Below, in pieces: positions 40,336 through 48,299 of a stretch of 64,000 bases of DNA. Position numbers and translations under genes: made by a program. The DNA is from Dehalococcoidia bacterium (lineage in GTDB: Bacteria; Chloroflexota; Dehalococcoidia; Lucifugimonadales; JAGWBF01). The notes below the pieces were generated by a model. The model saw only the letters and a list, made by a program, of their open reading frames with translations, ran no database searches and was not told the DNA's origin. Each line of letters opens with the position of its first letter. Position 1 is the stretch's first letter. Where the stretch lies: assembly GCA_034422875.1 (NCBI GenBank), contig DAOUJI010000031.1, forward strand, positions 31,604 through 95,603, read 5' to 3'.

Positions 40336-41502
40336 CTACAGGAAAGGTTTGAGCTGGACTTCCTTCAGAGCCGGTATCACCTCGCTGCCCAGCAACTCAA
40401 TCGATCTCAGCACGTCTTCCTGGGGCATGGGGCCGTCGTTGCCGTAGATGTGAATGTAGCCGGGGTTCAGCCGCTCAATGACCATCCTTAGCTTGCGTAT
40501 CACAGTGTCCGGGCTGCCGACTATGATATTGTCCAGTTCAAGCAAGTCCTCATAGCCAACCTGGTCGTTGAAGCCGCCCCCCATCGCCTGGCGGTCAGCT
40601 TTCAGGGCCATAGCCTCCCTAGTCTGGTAACCGGGAGGGTCGTTGTGCTCCCGCGGCCCGCGGCCCTTGTGGGCGCTGGTCCACATAAAGTTGCGGCCAA
40701 TCTCCTTTGCCTTCTCATCGGTGTCGGCGCAGAACACGCGTATCAGATAGCCGAAATGCTCCGGCCCAGCTCGGAAACCGTACTCCTTGGCCACATCTAC
40801 GTAGGTGTCCCGCAGCCACTCGGTGATGTGGAGAAGGGCGCCCAGGTTCATGTAGGGATACCCGTTCCTGGCGGCCCAGTAGACGCTTTCGGGGCTGCCA
40901 GTCCCGGGAAACCATATTGGCGGATGGGGTTTCTGGACGGGGACCACCCAGGGATTGACCACGCGGTGGTGATAATACTTCCCCTCGTACCTGAACGGGC
41001 CTGGCTTGGTCCAGCATTCGATAATCAGGTCGTGGGCCTCCTGAAACCGGTCCCAGTTCTCGGTAGGGTCGATTCCCCCGTGGAGGCTCTCCACAGCCAG
41101 CCCCCGGACGAACCCAGAAATCAATCGTCCTCCCGAATAGAGGTCGAGTATCGCCAGTTCCTCGGCCATACGCACCGGGTCGTGGATGGCGATTACGTTG
41201 CCCAGAATTGCGATCTTGACGTTCTTGGTCACCTTGCTGATTACGGCTGCGTCCAAGTTCACTGCAGCCTTCATGCACCAGTAAGACGAATGGTGCTCGT
41301 TGGTCATGATTCCGTCGAACCCGACCTGGTCCGCCGAGGCGTACTGTTCGTGGTACTCGTTGTACAGCTTTACCCCCTGCTGAGGGTCGAAATGAGTGTT
41401 GGGAAAGTCCAGCCTTCCCGACGGGTACTGGTTCAGGTCTTCTTCTGTAACGATGGAATAGGGCTGCTCGGTGAAATAGAAGAAATCGACGGTCTCTTTC
41501 AT
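40336..41502 (-). CDS. LLM-class flavin-dependent oxidoreductase
   Basis: The motifs GFDGIMTNEHH, HDPVRMAEELAILD and GRLISGFVRG. Confidence 0.8.
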   Translation of the reverse strand: MKETVDFFYFTEQPYSIVTEEDLNQYPSGRLDFPNTHFDPQQGVKLYNEYHEQYASADQVGFDGIMTNEHHSSYWCMKAAVNLDAAVISKVTKNVKIAILGNVIAIHDPVRMAEELAILDLYSGGRLISGFVRGLAVESLHGGIDPTENWDRFQEAHDLIIECWTKPGPFRYEGKYYHHRVVNPWVVPVQKPHPPIWFPGTGSPESVYWAARNGYPYMNLGALLHITEWLRDTYVDVAKEYGFRAGPEHFGYLIRVFCADTDEKAKEIGRNFMWTSAHKGRGPREHNDPPGYQTREAMALKADRQAMGGGFNDQVGYEDLLELDNIIVGSPDTVIRKLRMVIERLNPGYIHIYGNDGPMPQEDVLRSIELLGSEVIPALKEVQLKPFL

Positions 41503-41765
41503 TGGTTTTCGTCCTACTGATAGAAAATCCTGGGTGCCTTTACGGCGCCCGTGCAGACTGCGGCTTGAACTGTGCTCCGAATTAGGCGGCTCGAATGTAC
41601 CAGCTTACGCCCCCTGGCACAAGCCGAAGACTGTAGACAAGTCCTTGTGACTGGGCTTAAATCAAGAGGAGTTGGAGACGTCCCAGTTGACTATCGACCA
41701 GGCTACCGTACTGCTGTAGACTTGGCTCACAAACGGCAGATCCTCGTTTTTGATAGGAGGTATCC

Positions 41766-42200
41766 ATGCTGAACGCTGTGAAACTCGTCGCTGGAATCTA
41801 CATGATAGCCCTGGCTGTCGTGGTGGCCGGACACCTCCTTGCCACGCAGGTCTACGACGCTGGACTGACCGGCACGGCGTTGACCGTTTGGAGAGTGCTG
41901 GACCCGATGATGGTCGTTGGCGTGGCCATGGCGCTTATAGTCGCGGCCTGCAGGAAGCGTTGCGTCTGCAACGACATGACTGACAAGTCAGTCAATCGGG
42001 AGTGGCTGGAGGCGAACTTCACCTTCTACTTCTCCGGTGCGTTGCTGCTGGCTCTCCTTTGGAACTGGTTCGGAGTGGAGTGGTCTAATCCCACCACGTC
42101 AAGCGCTCTGCTGTGGGTGATCACTGACTCGACGCTTCCCTTCCTGATGGGTTCCACTTCTTTCCGGCTTATCCGGGAGGCCACGGCCAAACCGGGGTAG
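41766..42200 (+). CDS. 4-TM membrane protein of unknown function
   Basis: Four hydrophobic helices with GGAGG 6 nt upstream of the ATG. Its stop lies 11 nt before the HigA-like gene. Confidence 0.55.
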   Translation: MLNAVKLVAGIYMIALAVVVAGHLLATQVYDAGLTGTALTVWRVLDPMMVVGVAMALIVAACRKRCVCNDMTDKSVNREWLEANFTFYFSGALLLALLWNWFGVEWSNPTTSSALLWVITDSTLPFLMGSTSFRLIREATAKPG

Positions 42201-42211
42201 AAAGGGGAATC

Positions 42212-42520
42212 ATGCCTGAGAAAGCAACGATGCAGAACCCTCCCCATCCAGGGGAGATTGTGAGGTGGGAATGCCTTGAGCCGCTGGGGTTGACGGTGAC
42301 CAAGGCGGCTAAAGGTCTAGGCGTAACCCGCCAGGCGCTGTCGGACCTGGTTAACGAAAGGGCTGGCATTTCAGTGGAGATGTCCATCCGACTATCCAAG
42401 GCGTTCGGGTCCTCTCCCGAGACCTGGCTGGGGATGCAGACCGCCTACGATCTCTGGCAGGCCCGGGATCGAGCCGATCAAATCAAGGTCGAAAGATTCG
42501 CAACGCCAAACCTGGTTTAA
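42212..42520 (+). CDS. higA: HigA-family antitoxin-type XRE HTH protein
   Basis: HPGEIVRWECLEPLGLTVTKAAKGLGVTRQALSDLVNERAGISVEMSIRLSKAFGSSPETWLGMQ is the canonical HigA/VapI signature. Confidence 0.8.
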   Translation: MPEKATMQNPPHPGEIVRWECLEPLGLTVTKAAKGLGVTRQALSDLVNERAGISVEMSIRLSKAFGSSPETWLGMQTAYDLWQARDRADQIKVERFATPNLV

Positions 42521-42601
42521 CCCAATCTGCCTTGACGCCTCGGTCTCCCAAGTTACAATTGCCTGGAAGGTCTAGCTTCCGGTCAAGAAGGAGAAACTGC
42601 A

Positions 42602-43345
42602 ATGCCGTTCTATACAAGGGGAGATGTCCGCATCCACTATGAGGAGGTCGGTTCCGGTTTTCCGCTTCTCGCGACCCCAGGCGGGGGCTTGAACTCCGTG
42701 ATGAGCAATTGGCCCGGACAGGTGTTCAACGCCATGGAGGAGTTCAAGAACGACTTCCGTTGCATCACCATGGACCAGCGAAACGCAAACGGCGGGGAGT
42801 CCAGCGGTCCGGTCCAGGTCAACGACCCCTGGGGTGCTTTCGCCGACGACCAACTGGGGTTGATGGACCATCTCGGCATTCAGGAGTTCTTGTTCATAGG
42901 CTACTGCATCGGAGGCCCTTTTGCGCTCAAGCTCATTGAACGGGCTCCGGAGCGCGTCAAAGCCGCCGTGCTGTGCCAACCGGTTGGACATGCAAGTGCA
43001 ACACCGGACGCCATGTATGACAGCGGCCGCGATGTCTGGGGCCCGGAACTGTGCTCGCGGCGTCCTGACGTAACGATGGATACGGTTGAACAATACTTGC
43101 ACAACCTTTACCGGGTGCAGCCGGACTTCGTGTACAGTGTTTCGCGGGACTTCGCACGCTCGTGCCAGACACCGATGCTGGTCATGCCCGACGACACGCC
43201 AGCGCACTCCTACGAGGCTGCTATGGACGTGGTGGCGTTGGCACCCAAGGCACAGGTGACGGAGTATCCCTGGAAAGAGTCAGAGGATATAAAGGCCAAG
43301 ACGATCGAGCAGGTGCGTGAGTTCCTCAAGGCCCATCAACCATAG
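42602..43345 (+). CDS. alpha/beta hydrolase with Cys in the nucleophile elbow
   Basis: The motif HYEEVGSGFPLL…FIGYCIGGPFAL has G-x-C-x-G where G-x-S-x-G is expected. A late Asp/His context is present (MPDDTPAHS). Confidence 0.7.
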   Translation: MPFYTRGDVRIHYEEVGSGFPLLATPGGGLNSVMSNWPGQVFNAMEEFKNDFRCITMDQRNANGGESSGPVQVNDPWGAFADDQLGLMDHLGIQEFLFIGYCIGGPFALKLIERAPERVKAAVLCQPVGHASATPDAMYDSGRDVWGPELCSRRPDVTMDTVEQYLHNLYRVQPDFVYSVSRDFARSCQTPMLVMPDDTPAHSYEAAMDVVALAPKAQVTEYPWKESEDIKAKTIEQVREFLKAHQP

Positions 43346-43362
43346 GAAGTGACCGCACTGCC

Positions 43363-43686
43363 TTGAACTACCAGGATTGCCGGCGCCTGTTGGCAGACAT
43401 GGGGATTTGGTCTCCGCCGCGCCCAGGACCGCGCAACCGGAGACTGCGCAGGGGACACCGTGACGGGCATCCTATTCCAGGTGTCTACCTCAACGAAACC
43501 GCTGACGGTGCAGCCTATCTGACCCTCAACAGCAGATGCCTCCTGAAAGCGGATGTAGAACTTTGGTTGGACCTGCCCGTCGATTCGGTGGCTGAATGGG
43601 ACAAGGCCCATCGGAACATCTACCCACCGACTGGTAAAGAGCGGGATGCGCTCCATCAATTGCTCTCAGGCAGCGGTAGGAGCTAG
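43363..43686 (+). CDS. hypothetical protein (strand and start uncertain)
   Basis: A TTG-initiated ORF whose C-terminal two-thirds look protein-like. An equally long antisense ORF (43336-43659) exists, and third-position GC does not discriminate between them. Confidence 0.25.
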   Translation: MNYQDCRRLLADMGIWSPPRPGPRNRRLRRGHRDGHPIPGVYLNETADGAAYLTLNSRCLLKADVELWLDLPVDSVAEWDKAHRNIYPPTGKERDALHQLLSGSGRS

Positions 43687-43757
43687 GGGAAATCGGAGTC
43701 GCAGTTCCTATGGCGTCGCGTTGGGCCGGTTCAGTCTCAACTCTGCGGGTCGAGAGG

Positions 43758-43997
43758 CTAGGATAGACTTCCCAGCTTGTTTGCGAGGTCGCGCCCAGAG
43801 GTGATAGGCGTCAAGGGTCTGCCGTCGGCTCGATAAAGCTCGATCGCTTCTTCAACTATCCGGCAGAGTTCCTGGAACACTTGCTCCTCGTCGGAGCCAT
43901 GACATCCACCGTAGATCAGGCCCGGGGTGCTGCCGACGTAGCACTGATCGTCCTCGGACCATTCAACTATTTTGGCGTACCGAGCGCTATCCTTCAT
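43758..43997 (-). CDS. hicB: HicB-like antitoxin domain protein (orphan)
   Basis: YAKIVEWSEDDQCYVGSTPGLIYGGCHGSDEEQVFQELCRIVEEAIELY matches the HicB N-terminal (RNase H-like partial fold) pattern. No DNA-binding tail and no intact hicA are present. Confidence 0.65.
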   Translation of the reverse strand: MKDSARYAKIVEWSEDDQCYVGSTPGLIYGGCHGSDEEQVFQELCRIVEEAIELYRADGRPLTPITSGRDLANKLGSLS

Positions 43998-44150
43998 TTC
44001 TGGACTCCTCGATGGCGGCCTGTAGTGGAGTCAAGTGAACATGTGGCGATGAATCACGCGCTGGACACGTCACAAAAATGGCTGGCCAAAGGCGGCTTTA
44101 ACCAGAACCTTCGAGTTGGTGGTGAAATTCTAAGGAACCTCTGCACAAAT

Positions 44151-44248
44151 CCCCTCGCCCCTGGTGGGAAAGGGTTAGGGTGAATGGGAATTTCCCGGCA
44201 GCAAGCTATCACCCCCATCCTAGCCTTCCCCCGTCAAGGGGGAAGGGA
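44151..44248. repeat. second bipartite copy of the palindromic repeat family
   Basis: CCCCTCGCCCCTGGTGGGAAAGGGTTAGGGTGAATGGG (44151-44188) and CCTTCCCCCGTCAAGGGGGAAGGGA (44224-44248). The order and motifs match 10751-10946. It lies at the GC-rich/AT-rich transition. Confidence 0.6.
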
Positions 44249-44351
44249 CTTATTCAGAGCTTCCCTAAGACCCCAACAAAGGTAGTGACTGCACCTCACT
44301 CTCATGACCATTGGACCCTGGGAATTTCATGGCCGCCCAAGCGACTTCTGT

Positions 44352-45236
44352 CTATGTGTAAATCTCGCTTAGCCGTGCAAACAGTCGATGCTGACTTAAC
44401 GCCTCGCTGTTCAATGCCGAGTCCAGGACTCCCAGTATGGAACGTTCTCCCCGCCTATACCCCCGCCAGTGGTAACGGTGGTGAAGATACCACCCCACAA
44501 GTTCGAGATAATCGTCGCTGTGAATCACCTTGCGCTCGTCGTCCAATTGGATGGTACCAAGCTCAGTACATGTGGACTCAAATCTCGCTTGTTCGTTAGT
44601 CTTCCCATTACTCTGCAGGCAACGACCCACAAAGTCAGGTCTATCGAAATCTACCCCCGACTCCACAATGGAGCAGCATCTTGTAAGCCACAAGATTGAC
44701 ATTCCCAACCCCAACAATTGGTTGGCCGTTCGGATCACAAAGAGGTCCTTGAGAATGGGCATCAACCAAGAGAATATCTTGTCGACATCCTCGTCGTTTA
44801 GTCCCAAATCCAATAATGGCCCGTCTATGAAAAAGCTCTTCTCACATGTGTATATATCAACGCTAGTGTAATCGGTGTAAAGGAGGTACTTTAAGGCTGT
44901 GAAGGAGTTCAATATGAAGTCGAAATCGCTGTCGACGATACACCTCACACGAGGCAACTCAAAGCTAAATCTCGAGTCGAGTTCTATAGCAAGGGCAATT
45001 ACTCTATTACGATTGCCTTCCCCTAAACCATATGATTCGACAGTATGTCGGCTGACTTCAATTGAATCTATTGGGAATACCGTAACATCCCTATGTCCAA
45101 GGTCGTTCAAGTATTGCAAGTAAATCCTTCGGTCGCGGATACCTTCGACATAGAGATCGCGAAGCTCGGGCTCCAAGGCGTATCTGGCAGCCAGCTCATC
45201 GATGGTCCTACGCTCAATACCGTACTCATCGGACAT
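44352..45236 (-). CDS. DUF4435/TOPRIM-like putative nuclease effector (AriB-like)
   Basis: The sequence DLYVEGIRDRRIY (the conserved Glu context) and RCIVDSDFDFIL (a DxD acidic cluster) give the layout of DUF4435/OLD-type Toprim domains. Its start shares one nucleotide with the upstream stop (TAATG). The gene is AT-rich. Confidence 0.65.
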   Translation of the reverse strand: MSDEYGIERRTIDELAARYALEPELRDLYVEGIRDRRIYLQYLNDLGHRDVTVFPIDSIEVSRHTVESYGLGEGNRNRVIALAIELDSRFSFELPRVRCIVDSDFDFILNSFTALKYLLYTDYTSVDIYTCEKSFFIDGPLLDLGLNDEDVDKIFSWLMPILKDLFVIRTANQLLGLGMSILWLTRCCSIVESGVDFDRPDFVGRCLQSNGKTNEQARFESTCTELGTIQLDDERKVIHSDDYLELVGWYLHHRYHWRGYRRGERSILGVLDSALNSEALSQHRLFARLSEIYT

Positions 45237-46624
45237 TACGGCGTAAGCCTATGGACGTGTTCCATGTGTTTTGTTAATAATTCAATAGAGTGAGTCGCCA
45301 TTAGAAACTGGCATTTTGAGGTTTCGCTCAACTCTAGTAAGCTATCTACGAGGTTCCTCTGCCATTTGATATTCAAAGACAACTCCGGTTCGTCAATTAT
45401 GAATAACGGAGACCGACGACTTGGTGTAATCGTGTTCAAAAACAACAAAAGCAGATGTTGTTCACCGGAGGAGAGTCGATCTGGCCTAAGTGTGCCATCT
45501 GGCAAAGATATTGTTAAGCCGTCGAAAACATTAAACTCCACGCACTTATCGGAAAAGTATCCATTGATGGTTTCAACGAACGAATTGATCAGTTCATAAA
45601 CGTTCTGATGAGCGTTCAACCGAGCCTCTTGTCCGTCCAAGAACGAGCTCAGGAGTTGAACAACAACTGGGAGAGTCGTTGGGTTGGCATTCTCTAAACT
45701 TTCTGACAGGGCCTCAACGTTCATCGCCGAGCCCAATCCGAACCGTTCAAAGTTCCTGCTTGTCGAACCAAGTCTTTGAAGATCTTTGTCTATCTTGGCT
45801 ACTTCTTCAGCTAATGCTTCTCGTTCAGGTGCATTAGCCGATGCGATAGTATTGAGAATATCGACGTACACTTGCCTGGCATCAGTTTCCCCTACAGAGG
45901 ATGCTCGCATCACTTCTCTGTTTAATGCTTGCTCCGTTCTGCGAATAGACTCAAGGAGAGTTGATTCACGACCAACGTCAGTAGGGTCGTTCAACATAAA
46001 TAAACCATCATCTACTAAAACGCCACCTCTATGTTCGTAGACATATGGAAAAGTGGGTGAACGACGGCTCCTCCATTCCCTCCTCGGAACTGCGTCGCCT
46101 TCCAAGTCTCTGGTGTCGCCCAAGTAAAATACATCTAACTCCAGTTCAGATATCTTCTCAGCCAAGGCTTCAGCCTGCGGGGAAATAGAATCAGAGGACA
46201 CTCCTCCTGTTTCAGGGTCAGTGTCGATTCTTGCCACTTCGGGCTGCCCTTCTCCTATCTTAAACTCAAGAGTAAAACCGCCTACAAGCTCTTTTTCCTG
46301 TCTCGTCGCAGTTATGCGGGAAGAATCTGAAAAAACGATGTCGAACCGTCGAAACGGGGTTCTAGCGACATATGTCCTATGTCCTCTGTTGTCGCTCGCT
46401 GACAAGAGATGGAAAATTAATTTCAGGATCGTCGTTTTACCTGTTCCGTTGTCCCCGTAGAGGAGGCAGACCCTGGGCGTTTCAGGGTTGGCAACGTCTT
46501 TGTCGATGGGGATTTCGTAGTCATATCGACCAAACAAATTCTCGACTTCTATTTTGGAAATCGCTCGGGGCACACTTCCTCCATCATGTTCTGCGAGACG
46601 TCTTTTTTCAGACCAGAGGACCAT
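45236..46624 (-). CDS. ABC/SMC-like AAA ATPase (AriA-like)
   Basis: Walker A YGDNGTGKTT, signature-like LSSGEQHLL, Walker B LFIIDEPELSLN and H-loop MATHS, with a helical insert of about 250 aa between the N and C lobes. The ORF track extends to 46783; I prefer the ATG at 46624 (MVLWSEKRR…ISKIEVENLFG). Confidence 0.7.
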   Translation of the reverse strand: MVLWSEKRRLAEHDGGSVPRAISKIEVENLFGRYDYEIPIDKDVANPETPRVCLLYGDNGTGKTTILKLIFHLLSASDNRGHRTYVARTPFRRFDIVFSDSSRITATRQEKELVGGFTLEFKIGEGQPEVARIDTDPETGGVSSDSISPQAEALAEKISELELDVFYLGDTRDLEGDAVPRREWRSRRSPTFPYVYEHRGGVLVDDGLFMLNDPTDVGRESTLLESIRRTEQALNREVMRASSVGETDARQVYVDILNTIASANAPEREALAEEVAKIDKDLQRLGSTSRNFERFGLGSAMNVEALSESLENANPTTLPVVVQLLSSFLDGQEARLNAHQNVYELINSFVETINGYFSDKCVEFNVFDGLTISLPDGTLRPDRLSSGEQHLLLLFLNTITPSRRSPLFIIDEPELSLNIKWQRNLVDSLLELSETSKCQFLMATHSIELLTKHMEHVHRLTP

Positions 46625-46827
46625 TATACACGAGGCTTCGTTAATCCGATGAGATGGACCCGGCAGATCGGACGAGCAGCTAAATGAGAGTCCCGCTCCT
46701 AAACTGAGGGCAGCGGTTGCTGTCGAGAAGGAGCAGGAAATGTCGCAATAGCGCAGGAAGCGCAGCCCAGGTTTCACAGCCAAGGTGGCTCTGGAAGCAC
46801 TTAGGGGCTAGGAGGCAGTGGCCCAGT

Positions 46828-46901
46828 TGGCTGCCCGGCCAGGATTCGAACCTGGGTCAGAGGATCCAAAGTCCCCTGTGATACCACTACACCACCGGGC
46901 A
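46828..46901 (-). tRNA. tRNA-Gln (anticodon TTG), CCA encoded
   Basis: Reverse complement: TGCCCGG-TG-GTGTAGTGGTATCAC-A-GGGGA-CTTTGGA-TCCTC-TGAC-CCAGG-TTCGAAT-CCTGG-CCGGGCA-G-CCA. The U1:A72 pair is typical of bacterial tRNA-Gln. Confidence 0.9.
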
Positions 46902-47012
46902 TTCCAGTAACATCCCATTATCGCATAGGCAGGACGCAGGTTCCATGCGCCCTTGCTGCAAGTCGGCGGTGGGCCGGGAGGTGTTGGGAAAAACCGTGCC
47001 AGTGCAAGTATA

Positions 47013-48299
47013 ATGCGTCCCAGCATGCTCAGGTCTGCGGCAGCTCTCTTCACGGGATACGCATGGGTCATACTGTTGGTGGCTGTGCTCATCAACCTAG
47101 TGACCCAGGTAGGTCGCAACGCCTATTCAGTTACGGGTCCCGACCTCAGCGACAGTCTGAGTCTCTCCTATGGCCAGCTTGGGGCTCTGCTGACGTCATA
47201 TTCCATACTGTTGATGGCCGGGGCTTTCGCTTTCGGAGCCTTGGCCTCCAGGTACGGAGCCCGGCTTATCGTCGCGGGCGGGGCGTTCATAGGCGCCCTG
47301 GCAATGGTAGGCATAGGACTGTCCGAGAACTTCGCCGTCGCCGTTGTCGCCAGCGGAGTGCTCGGTCTATCGTCCGCGGCAGCCACCACTCCGGTGATGG
47401 GCATGCTGGCGTCCTGGTTCTCGACGGAACGCAGAGGCGCCGCCGCCGGTCTCGCAGCAGCCGGGGGTGGAGTAAGTTTCATCGTTATCGGGGCCATAAC
47501 TCCTGAGTTGGTCGAACGCAACCCGGTGGACGGGTGGCGACACACCTGGTGGGCTCTGGCTGTCATCTCCGGCGTTATTGGTCTTGTCGCCTTGGCCTTT
47601 TTGCGGGAGCAGCCGGGCGGGAGGAGCTTGCCAACTAGAGGAATAAGCAACTGGCCGATAGAGGTATACAAGAACAGGATGGTCTGGACCGTTGCAGCCG
47701 TTGCATTCTGCGCTGGAGCCAGCATCGGACTGTACACCACGTTTTTTGGCGTGTTCCTTGAAGAACACGGAGTTAGCGTTGCCACAACCGGCTGGCTCTT
47801 CCAGCTCATCGGCGTGCTTTCCATCATCAGCGGCATCGTCTGGGGCTACGGCTCTGACCGAATAGGCAGGAGGATGGGATTTCTTCTTTCCTTCGTGGCC
47901 TTCGGCGTAGGCTCCATCATTTTCCTGCAAGTCAACGAATTGGTCGGCTTCGTAATCTCCTCTATACTGGTGGGGTTCACGATCCGAGCTGCATACACCA
48001 TATGCGCGGCCTCCGCCGGCGACTACGTGCCCCACCGCTTCTCCCCCGCCGCGTTCGGCTTGATGGGAGTAGGAGCTGGTTTCGGGCAAGCCATCGGGCC
48101 ATACATCGGAGGAGAGATCGCTGACATTACCGGAGACATAGGCTGGGCCTACATACTGGCTATCGCCGCAGCGGCGTTGGGGGCAGTCATATCTATAGCG
48201 CTGCGCAGACCCCAAACAGTTCCGGCGGAGGCTCCATCAAGGGATAGCGTCTCACAGGAGACGCCAGTTTTAGCAGAACATGGAGGAACAGATGGCTAA
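47013..48299 (+). CDS. MFS transporter
   Basis: About 12 TM segments and the MFS loop motif (WFSTERRGAAAGL…). The ORF track starts at 46953; the ATG at 47013 gives a typical N-terminus. Confidence 0.8.
   Translation: MRPSMLRSAAALFTGYAWVILLVAVLINLVTQVGRNAYSVTGPDLSDSLSLSYGQLGALLTSYSILLMAGAFAFGALASRYGARLIVAGGAFIGALAMVGIGLSENFAVAVVASGVLGLSSAAATTPVMGMLASWFSTERRGAAAGLAAAGGGVSFIVIGAITPELVERNPVDGWRHTWWALAVISGVIGLVALAFLREQPGGRSLPTRGISNWPIEVYKNRMVWTVAAVAFCAGASIGLYTTFFGVFLEEHGVSVATTGWLFQLIGVLSIISGIVWGYGSDRIGRRMGFLLSFVAFGVGSIIFLQVNELVGFVISSILVGFTIRAAYTICAASAGDYVPHRFSPAAFGLMGVGAGFGQAIGPYIGGEIADITGDIGWAYILAIAAAALGAVISIALRRPQTVPAEAPSRDSVSQETPVLAEHGGTDG

Noticed and set aside
43998-44110. Possible hicA toxin remnant upstream of hicB. 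The minus-strand translation reads …NSKVLVKAAFGQPFL*RVQRVIHRHMFT*, loosely resembling the HicA …GKEVIKALEKAGF.V.RQRGSHVILRH… region.
   Set aside because: The similarity is weak. The GSH motif is missing, two in-frame stops occur, and there is no room for the C-terminal half. It could be a decayed pseudogene, but I cannot support that without a profile search.
46808-47119. 103-aa minus-strand ORF.
   Set aside because: It overlaps tRNA-Gln and runs antisense to the MFS start. It has no protein-like features.
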